Below, piece after piece: positions 1-8,914 of a stretch of DNA of 14,146 nt (position 1 is the stretch's first letter; each line of letters starts with the position of its first letter). This DNA is from Octopus sinensis (taxonomy: Eukaryota): the NCBI RefSeq assembly GCF_006345805.1, contig NW_021825849.1, positions 1 to 14,146 on the forward strand, read 5' to 3'. Below the pieces are notes generated by a model, which searched no databases, had not been told where the DNA came from, and saw only the letters and a program-made list of their open reading frames with translations. A program made the position numbers and the translations under genes.

Positions 1-400
1 TCTTCGTCTTTTGCTTTTCCATATATTTCAGCTATATTGACTGCATGGATACGGTGTGTGGATGTTGATTGGAGAGACAGACAGACACTGTGTACAGATA
101 TTGACTAGACAGATAGATGCAGTGTGAAGATGGATAGAAACAGCGGATATATGAGGCAATGTACAGCTGTTCGCTGGATAGAGAGACACGGTCTGTTATC
201 AATCAAATTGAATGTCTACAAACGATTTTGTCGTTTATCGAAAGCTATGGTAAAAGCCAATATTTAAGAACGGATGCATCGATTTTAGCACCACTTTCAG
301 ACAAAATTTGACCTCATACTCTGATCAAAAGAAATCAATATCATTTTTTTTTTAAAGAGTGAACCACATAATTGCAGCTACGTTACTATTTAAATATTAT

Positions 401-417
401 TAATAATGATAATAATA

Positions 418-504
<87 letters not shown>

Positions 505-513
505 GTAGTAGTA

Positions 514-559
<46 letters not shown>

Positions 560-574
560 TAATAATAATTATAA
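401..574. repeat. (AAT)n microsatellite, about 57 triplets with AGT/GAT interruptions
   Basis: Read directly from the sequence. It abuts the 3' end of the minus-strand SINE at 575, so it reads as an (ATT)n tail. Confidence 0.97.
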
Positions 575-971
575 TCTTTTCTACTTCAGGCACAAGGCTT
601 GGAATTTGTAGGGAGGGGGATAGTCGATCACATTGACCCTAGTACTCAACTGGTACTTAATTTATCAACCCCGAAAGGATGAAAGGAAAAGTTGATCTCG
701 GCGGAATTTGAACTCCGAATGCGCAGACGGGCGAAATACCTATTTCTTTACTACCCACAAGGGGCTAGAGACAGAGAGGACAAACAAGGACAGACAAACG
801 GATTAAGTCGGTTATATCGACCCCACTGCGTAACTGGTACTTATTTAATCAACCCTGAAAGGATGAAAGGCAAAGTCAACCTCTGCGGAATTTGAACTCA
901 GAACGTACAGACGGGCGAAATACCGCTCAGCATTTTGACCGGTGTGCTAACGGTTCTGCCAGCTCACCGCC
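575..971 (-). mobile_element. tRNA-derived SINE (family 1), dimeric: head + unit with tail A + unit with tail B
   Basis: The minus strand starts GGCGGTGAGCTGGCAGAACCG (A-box-like) and has B-box-like GAGTTCAAATTCC twice. Units 741-924 and 575-740 share the core CCTTTCATCCTTTCRGGGTTGAT. Homologous to 8915-9674 and 10067-10297. Confidence 0.9.
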
Positions 972-1090
972 GACAACAACAACAATAATAATGATGGCTT
1001 CAAATTTTGGCACAAGGTCAAAAATTTCGCGGTAAGGATGAGTCTATTAAACCGACGCCAGTGCACAAATGGTACTTATTTTATCAACCA
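972..1090 (-). mobile_element. 5'-truncated family 1 SINE fragment (tail B) with ATT/GTT tail
   Basis: TTTGGCACAAGG...GGTACTTATTTTATCAACC aligns with 585-670 of the neighbouring copy. Confidence 0.7.
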
Positions 1091-1112
1091 CTCTATAACT
1101 TTGCTGTGTTAT

Positions 1113-1177
1113 AACACACACACACACACACACACAATACTATATAATACACATATGCTTAGGTATGCATACATCCC

Positions 1178-1209
<32 letters not shown>

Positions 1210-1236
1210 ATATATAATATATATAATATATATATA
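1113..1236. repeat. (AC)n followed by (TA)n microsatellite
   Basis: Read directly from the sequence. Confidence 0.9.
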
Positions 1237-2582
1237 GGGTGTCCCCCCAAAATGTATACACACTTTAGCAGTCGATAACTCAATTGATGTTTTTCTTCTC
1301 AGATGAAACCCTTTGAATTAATGATGGCCTTCAGACTAAGCTTTGAACAAAGGATATTCATTCTAAAATGCTCCTGGATGTGTGAAAACGCAGTTGAAGT
1401 GCAAAGACAGTTTGGGAGGGAGTTTCAAACAGATCTGCCATCGTTCGAATTAGAGATAAGTTTGAAGCCGATGAAAGTTAGAAATCATTCCTTATAGTAA
1501 TTGTAGCAGAATTAGTCGAGCAACAGGGAAAAGATGAACTTGCATCTCTTTACTTTCTGAGTTCAAATGATGGAAGTGTTCAGAATGTCCACGAGAAGCA
1601 TTCTGGAAGACCACGAACATCGACAACCCCCACAAAGCAAGAAGAAGTGCTGGAAACGTATCACCAAAGTCCAAGAAAATCTGTGCAGCAAGCGAGTTGT
1701 GAGGCAGGTATTCCCAAAATCGTCTGTCCAATGCATTTTGAAGCGTTGCCAATGGAAAAGTCACGTTCCAAGATTAATCCATTCTGTTAATGATGATGAT
1801 CCAGACCAAAGAGTGCAGTATTGCAAGTGGTACTTGGAACGATGTGTACAAGATGCACACTTTCCAACAAAGATTTGTGGAGTGATAAGGCTACATTCAA
1901 ATTAAATGGTTCAATTAACCGCCACATGTGCAGCTACTAGGGACCTGAGAATCTGCATGTTACGGTGGAACACCATGTTAATTTACCAGGGGTTACAGTG
2001 TGGTGTGGCTTATCATCGAGAGAATTAATTGGACCATTCTTTTTCGATGCTACTGTGACTGGTCCCGTTTACTTGAACTTGCTGCAACAGTCTGTCATGC
2101 CAAGCATTAGAGAAGACTTTGAAGATGAGTTTTATTTTCAGCAAGATGAGGCGTCCCCACACTACCATCGTGATGTTAGATCCTTCCTTGATGAAATCTT
2201 GCCAAACAGGTGGATTGGACGAAGGGGTTTCGTTGAATACTCTCCACGTTCACCAGACCTCACACCACTAAACTTTTTTTATGGGGATACCTAAAAGACA
2301 AACTCTACACTATGAAACCTGCAAAAGTCACTGATTCGAGATTAGCCATTGAACGAGAATGCACACAAATACCAAACGAATTCTTTCGTGATGTCTGCGA
2401 TTCCATTGCTTCTCGTTGTCAGCAGCGCCTGGACCAGAATGGACGTCAGTTTGAAAACAGACATTGACAAAACAATAAAATAATGTCTGTAGATTCTATT
2501 AAATTTTGAAAATGAAATGTATTTTAATAAACACCTACTTAACAATTATTTAAAGTGTGTATACTTGTTTTGAGACACCATA
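1235..2582 (+). mobile_element. Tc1/mariner DNA transposon, DD41D (rosa/Visitor-like), full length but defective
   Basis: GTATACACACTTTA (1254-1267) is the exact reverse complement of TAAAGTGTGTATAC (2551-2564). The outer GGTGTC / GACACC ends also match. Both flanks are TA runs, and transposase remnants lie inside. Confidence 0.92.
1324..2467 (+). pseudogene. Tc1/mariner transposase pseudogene
   Basis: Motifs recovered across frames: RLSFEQRIFILKC, RIRDKFEAD, SGRPR (1602-1616), WSD (D at 1884), [15 protein letters not shown] (D at 2145), [16 protein letters not shown] (2271; third catalytic D replaced by N, 41 residues after the second D), WGYLKDK...NGRQFENRH* (TGA 2465-2467). Lesions: frameshifts near 1441, 1715, 1876 and 2275, a TAG at 1938-1940, and a 99-bp insert. 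Confidence 0.93.
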
Positions 2583-2595
2583 CATATATATATAT

Positions 2596-2674
<79 letters not shown>

Positions 2675-2684
2675 ATATATATAA
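2581..2684. repeat. (TA)n + (TG)n microsatellite
   Basis: Read directly from the sequence. Confidence 0.95.
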
Positions 2685-2890
2685 AGTTAATCCAAACATG
2701 AAAACACAAAGAGAAAACACAACAAAGCGAGGACGTGGAACAAATGTAGTATTATTGGACGCTCAGGAAAGAAGGGGGGTTTTAGTTTACGTTTCGAGCG
2801 GAGCTCTTCGTCGGAAACATAGGAGAAGGAAAGATCCAGAGAAGGGAAGACGGAGGAAAAAAATCGCCAACGGTACACACGCGGTCACAT
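2685..2890 (-). mobile_element. About 200-bp dispersed repeat with hammerhead-like motif; probable Penelope-like element terminal (pLTR) fragment, copy 1
   Basis: Clearly homologous to 4746-4950 along its length. The minus strand has CCGACGA-A-GAGC-TCC-GCTC-GAAACGT. Flanked by TA-rich microsatellite. The Penelope-like assignment is inference. Confidence 0.7.
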
Positions 2891-3051
2891 TATATAGATG
2901 TATATATATATTCATATATGTATATATATATTCAGACGCGCGCGTTCGCACACACACACGTACACACTCACAACACATATACATATGCATATACCTATCT
3001 CCTTTAATACCATACATATATAAATGTGTGCATGTGTGTATATATTTGTAT

Positions 3052-3250
3052 ATGTTTGTTCCCCCACCATCAGATTTCAACCGATGCTGGTGTGTCTACG
3101 TCCCCGTAGCTTGGCGGTTCCGCAAAAGAGACCGATAAAATAAGTACTAGGCTTAGAAAGACTAAGTCCTGGGGTCGATTTGTTCGACTAAAGGCGGTGC
3201 TCCAGCATGGCCGCAGTCAAGTGACTGAAACAAATAAAAGAATAAAGGAA
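3052..3250 (+). mobile_element. 3' half of a second SINE family, with (AAAGAAT)-like tail
   Basis: Its 3' end AAGGCGGTGCTCCAGCATGGCCG(C/T)AGTCAA(G/A)TGACTGAAACAA recurs at 8845-8888. It shares a double-hairpin motif with SINE family 1. Confidence 0.8.
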
Positions 3251-3277
3251 TATATATATATATACACACACACACAC

Positions 3278-3352
3278 GTATGTGTATGTATGTATGTATG
3301 TATGTATGCATGTATGTATGCATGTATGTATGTATGTATGTATGTATGTATG

Positions 3353-3383
<31 letters not shown>

Positions 3384-4122
3384 TTACGTATGTACGTATG
3401 TATGTATGTATGTGTGAGTGTATGTGTGAGTGTATGTGTGTGTATTTATGTATGTATGTATGTATGTATGTATGTAGTGTATGTATGTATGTATGCATGC
3501 ATGTATGTATGTATGTATGCATGTATGTGTGTATTTATGTATGTATGTATGCATGTATGTATGTATGTATGTATGTATGTATGTATGTATGTATGTATGT
3601 ATGTATGTTGTATGTTGTATGTGTGAGTGTATGTGTGTGTGTGTATGTATTGTATGTATGTATGCATGCATGCATGCATGTGGTATAATGTATGCATGTA
3701 TGTGTGTATTTATGTATGTATGTAGTATGTATGTATGCATGTATGTATGCATGTATGTAGTGTATGTTGTATGTATGTAGTATGTATGTGTGAGTGTATG
3801 TTGTGTGTGTGTATGTATGTATGTATGTATATGTATGCATGCTGCATGTATGTATGTATGCATGTATGTATGCATGTATGTATGTATGTATGTATGTATG
3901 TATGTGTGAGTGTATGTGTGTGTATGTATGTATGTATGTATGTATGTATGTATGTATGCATGCATGTATGTATGTATGTATGCATGTATGTGTGTATTTA
4001 TGTATGTATGTATGCATGTATGTATGTATGTATGTATTATGTATGTATGTATGTATGTACGTATGTACGTATGTATGTACGTATGTATGTATGTATGTAT
4101 GTATGTATGTATGTATGTATGT
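3278..4122. repeat. Large imperfect (TATG)n array with TGCA/GAGT/TTTA variants
   Basis: Read directly from the sequence. It is the source of the MYVC/HTYI pseudo-ORFs. Confidence 0.97.
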
Positions 4123-4249
4123 GCATTTGCGTGGGAATGAAGAGAAACAAGGGAAATAATAAAGAATATATTCACGTAGAGAAGAGTTATTTCCCTTCCA
4201 AATCGCTACCGTATTATCAATATATCTTATAGCAAAGTACAATTTCGGT

Positions 4250-4740
<491 letters not shown>

Positions 4741-4745
4741 TATAT

Positions 4746-4950
4746 AGTTAATCCAAACAAGAAACACACAAAAAACACAACACGCGAGGACGTGGAACAA
4801 ATATAGTATTATTGGACGCTCAGGAAAAGAGGAAAGAAGGAGGGTTTACGTTTCGAGCGGAGCTTCGTCGTCGGAACAATAGGAGAAGGGAAGATCCAGA
4901 GAGGGAAGACAGAGGAAAAAAATCGCCAACTTGTACACACGAGGACACAC
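4746..4950 (-). mobile_element. Second copy of the 200-bp hammerhead-like / Penelope-like terminal repeat
   Basis: AGTTAATCCAAAC...GAGGACGTGGAACAAAT...TTACGTTTCGAGCGGAGC...AAATCGCCAAC matches 2685-2890. Confidence 0.7.
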
Positions 4951-5082
4951 ACATATATATATATATGTATATAGGGAGTTTTATCATGGCTTCCGAATAA
5001 TTGTCACATATTCCATTTACAGATAAATTCCTCTATTTACATCATATCAAGGTCTCTTTCATTCTTTTGTTGTCTTACCATT

Positions 5083-5323
<241 letters not shown>

Positions 5324-5687
5324 CACACGCAGACCTAGAACAGAAGAAAAAAATATAACAAACAAACATACAAATAAACAAAAAAAACAAAAAAATGCGA
5401 AGAAATGCAACGTTTTTGAAATAAACTATTAAAATAACGAAACGACTTTAAACCGGGCGATGACGATTTTTTTCATTCGTAGCGTTATTCCCACGATCCC
5501 TCCCGGCTAAATGCAAAACGTGACAACAATGCATCGAACGTTGTCACCATTCTCTTCAGATGAGGAGGCGGCAATGTGATGATAGAGATTAAGGATTGCC
5601 ATTGTTCCAAACACTGAGAAGTAATAAAGGAAAATGAAAAACATTCTTTAATTAAAAAGATTAAACTCCATTACAATCGTGCCTTCA

Positions 5688-5776
5688 ACATACATACATA
5701 TATACACTCCCATACATACATACATACATACATACATACATACATACATACATACATACATACATACATACATACA
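5688..5776. repeat. (CATA)n microsatellite
   Basis: Read directly. It is in the opposite orientation to the other TATG arrays. Confidence 0.93.
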
Positions 5777-5974
5777 CATAGTTATATGTAGCTGAATGCA
5801 CACATATACACACACTTCTGTATGTATACACTCACACACACACACATATAAAGTATATGTATATATACATATATACACACATATATGCGTGAACATATAC
5901 ATATACGCTCTTTCTCTCTCCCTCTCTCCCTCTCTCCGGCTCTTCTTCCCTCTGTCTCAACCTCCTCTCTCTCT

Positions 5975-5985
5975 ATGTATATGTA

Positions 5986-6054
<69 letters not shown>

Positions 6055-6132
6055 ATACATATATGTATATGTATGTATGTATGTATGTAGTATGTATGTA
6101 TGTATGTATGTATGTATGTATATGTATATATA

Positions 6133-6186
<54 letters not shown>

Positions 6187-6195
6187 TATATATAT
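5975..6195. repeat. (TA)n/(TATG)n compound microsatellite
   Basis: Read directly from the sequence. Confidence 0.93.
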
Positions 6196-6299
6196 AAACA
6201 AGTTTGTGATGCAAACAGGAAATGCTGAACTCAAAACATGAGTATGAGTATCTATATATAATTTTATTCTAATATCTAAGAGAAGCTACAGAGAGGGAC

Positions 6300-6418
6300 T
6301 CAAGGGCCAAAAGTTTCGTGCGTTGGAACTTATCAGACCACACGAACCTCCGGCCCTTCAGTCTCTCTGTTACTTTTATATCTATATCTATATATATATA
6401 TATCTATATATATATATA

Positions 6419-6450
<32 letters not shown>

Positions 6451-6613
6451 GATATATATATTTCTCTCCTTGTTTTTTTCTGGTCTCTTTCTGTAGTAGA
6501 AGAGCGTAGCTCGAAACGTAAAAGGCTTTTTCTATTCCTGAGCGTTATACTAATACATCTGTTTGTTTTGTACACCACCTGTCTTCGTTTTTGTTTTTTT
6601 CGTAAACTATCCC
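6300..6613 (+). mobile_element. Related but distinct hammerhead-like / Penelope-like terminal repeat, interrupted by (TA)n at about 6377-6460
   Basis: GA-A-GAGC-GTA-GCTC-GAAACGT (6499-6519) followed by TTCCTGAGCGT (6535-6545), the same motif pair as copies 1 and 2. Boundaries are approximate. Confidence 0.5.
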
Positions 6614-7060
6614 TATATATAATATATATATCAGCCGAAATTGCGAGGATGATCCGGTTCTTGACTGAAGATTAGAGGCTTCGAATGACCCGTCCGTTTT
6701 TTGTGTTGTCTATTTGAGTGTTTGCGTCTGTCCCATTTTGTATTTATATATATAATATATCTATATATATATATATATATATATAATATTATGTATATGT
6801 ATGTATGTTAATATCCTTAGTCGTATCTCATTTGTCTAAGTCTTTGAATTCAACTAAAAACACCACTTGGAATATTTTGCAAAGATTTGTTGATATAGAA
6901 ACGAATTCTTGGATCGAAACCTGTTCCGATTCGCAAGTAAAATATGCAATAATCTATTTTAAAAACACATATATTTTTTCGCAAGCATTACTATTTATCC
7001 TCGAGAATTACGGCTGAAACGTTAAGTTCATCGGAAGTGGAAAAATAGGGAATTCTTTAC

Positions 7061-7135
7061 AGCGCCCGGCCCAGAAATCGAAACCACGATTTCACAACTG
7101 TGAGTGCAACACCCCTAACCACTAAGCCACTCTCC
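7061..7135 (-). mobile_element. Isolated tRNA-like SINE head
   Basis: Minus strand has GTGGCTTAGTGGTTAGGG (A box) ... GTTTCGATTTC (B-box-like). Similar to the head at 7677. Confidence 0.65.
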
Positions 7136-7299
7136 TTCTAATATCGAATGAGAAGTAAAAATGTCATTAAAAAAATAACAAAAAAGAAAAACGCATTAGA
7201 TTTTATAATTAGCCGAACTGTAACTATTTGTTGCGGAACCGCTTGCGACCTCTCCCAGAACCCCGAAATTTAGGGGATCGAAGTAAAGAATATGTAAGG

Positions 7300-7550
7300 T
7301 CTGTTTTTTTTGGTATAAGACTCATAGGGGCCGGTTCCCCGGGTTTTGTGGTATATCAGTGGCCGAGATGACAACATTCGTATTCAACGGGATGTGTGGC
7401 GGTCACGAAATTACCGATTTACGGCCAAGAGGACTGGAGCAACGTGGAATGAAATGTCTTACTCAGGAATACAAGGCACGACTCGGTCCAGGTATTGAAA
7501 CCGGGATCTTACGATCATGAGTGCTACATGTTTACCACTTGGTCACGTGC
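7300..7550 (-). mobile_element. Diverged tRNA-derived SINE with CORE-like central segment
   Basis: Minus strand has GTGACCAAGTGG ... GGTTTCAATACC ... TTCCTGAGTAAGACATTTCATTCCACGTTGCTCCAGTCC, homologous to 7735-7785. The 3' boundary is uncertain. Confidence 0.65.
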
Positions 7551-7676
7551 TTTCGCAGGGGAATGAAGCGGTTTCGAGAGACAAGGTTACGGCTGGCCCT
7601 TGTTAGGGCGCACAGGCCAAAGGTGTTGGTGATTGTAAGTTACGAGTGTCATGAGTATACTCTCAGAAGCTTAAGG

Positions 7677-7985
7677 ATCACGGCTTAATGGTTAGGGTCT
7701 TCAGTTCACGATCGTGAGGTCGTGAGATCGATTCCTGTGCCCTTGAGCATGACATTTTATTTTCACATTGCTAAGGTCCACTCAGCTGGCAGAAATAAGC
7801 AGTTCCTGTAATTCAAGGGGCCAGCCTTGTAACATTCTGTGCCACGCTGAATCTCCCTGAGAACTACGTTAAGGGAACGCCTGCTGTCTGTGGAGTACTC
7901 AGCCACTTGCACGGTAATTTCACGCACAGGCTGTTCCGTTGATCGGATCAACTGGACCACTCGTCGTCACAACCGGGGAAGTGTT
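7677..7985 (+). mobile_element. tRNA-derived SINE with CORE-like central segment
   Basis: GGCTTAATGGTTAGG (A box), GATCGATTCC (B-box-like), then CCTTGAGCATGACATTTTATTTTCACATTGC resembling the CORE domain. Confidence 0.7.
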
Positions 7986-8186
7986 AGTACGGTAAATGTA
8001 GTAAGACAAGAGTGACGGGTACTTTAAGTCTGGAGAAGAGAAAGGTAACGAGGTCCCAGAAGCATAAGAAACCATTGCTAGAGGGGTTTTAAAATATGAA
8101 GGAAAGAGTACACTGGATTATGCATGTAGTTGTAGATATTACTATGGTTAAATACCATACTGGATGGGTATGATTGGATCGTCGCA

Positions 8187-8201
8187 CTATTCACCATAGG
8201 T
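8187..8201 (-). CDS. Candidate terminal coding exon portion (TYGE*), followed by presumed 3' UTR
   Basis: Very strong acceptor TTTTTCTTGTTTTGTTTTTTGTCATTTCACTGCAG ending at 8202. Phase 0 fits the preceding exon. An alternative phase-2 frame (PMVNSATIQSYP...) is also open. Confidence 0.4.
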   Translation of the reverse strand, partial: TYGE

Positions 8202-8336
8202 CTGCAGTGAAATGACAAAAAACAAAACAAGAAAAACCCAGCAAAAACGATAAAATAAAGTAGACAGCACTCTACTGCTGCAGCATCAGTGGTAGGTTGC
8301 TGTTTCGTTACAGAAATAAACACGTTTTGTACTTAC

Positions 8337-8389
8337 ATGAATCACTAAGTGATCATACTGGCGCTGCTCTCTCAGGTTCTGTTGGGTAT
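8337..8389 (-). CDS. Candidate 53-nt internal exon, (D)TQQNLREQRQYDHLVIH
   Basis: Acceptor TACTACAG (weak pyrimidine tract) and a consensus donor CAT|GTAAGT. Only one frame is open, phase 1 to phase 0. Confidence 0.45.
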
Positions 8390-8514
8390 CTGTAGTACAC
8401 ACGTTCACACAAGTCCACACACTACATATACGTATATACATTTATGTATATATATGTATATATACATATATATGTATGGTGTTTGTGTGTATGTGTGTGA
8501 GTGTACGAGCTGAC

Positions 8515-8614
8515 CGAAAATCTGGTGATTTGCTTGCTTGTCGGCGCTGTGTTTCGATGATCGGTATTGTGAGACCCAGCTCTGTATTATATCATAGAGT
8601 CCTCTCCATACTTC
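8515..8614 (-). CDS. Candidate 100-nt internal exon, EVWRGLYDIIQSWVSQYRSSKHSADKQANHQIF
   Basis: Strong acceptor TTTTGTTTTGCTTGTTTCCAG and moderate donor TCG|GTCAGC. Only frame 0 is open, ending in phase 1. Protein not recognised. Confidence 0.5.
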
Positions 8615-8844
8615 CTGGAAACAAGCAAAACAAAACAGAATATTAATTAAAGATGCAAAAATAGACACGTATGTGAGTTTGTACACACACACAGACACAC
8701 ACACATGCATGTATATGCAATCGTATAAATATATTTCTCTCTCATACGCTCGCTCTATCTCTTCCTTTCTCTGTCTGTCTGTCTCTGGATATATATTAAC
8801 GAACGCATAAGTATAATATTTTACATTCATAAATTTGACAAATT

Positions 8845-8914
8845 AAGGCGGTGCTCCAGCATGGCCGTAGTCAAATGACTGAAACAAGTGAAAAAATAAA
8901 AGAGTAAAAATATA
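8845..8914 (+). mobile_element. 3' tip of a family 2 SINE with A-rich tail
   Basis: Near-identical to 3191-3245. Confidence 0.8.

Noticed and set aside
372-636. Poly-Asn and poly-Ile ORFs
   Set aside because: They are translations of the (AAT)n microsatellite.
1567-2294. The 112-aa and 109-aa ORFs as functional genes or a domesticated transposase
   Set aside because: They are fragments of one frameshifted transposase with an in-frame stop and a mutated catalytic residue.
2641-3138. 165-aa basic ORF (RRKHRRRK...)
   Set aside because: It is assembled from microsatellite, the antisense strand of the hammerhead-like repeat, and SINE sequence.
5575-5600. Box C (GTGATGA) ... box D (CTGA) snoRNA
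   Set aside because: The boxes are too close together and there is no terminal stem enclosing them.
6665-6694. CTGAAGA...CGAAT...GTC as a hammerhead
   Set aside because: It has CUGANGA, but GAAA is GAAU, stem II does not pair and there is no stem I.
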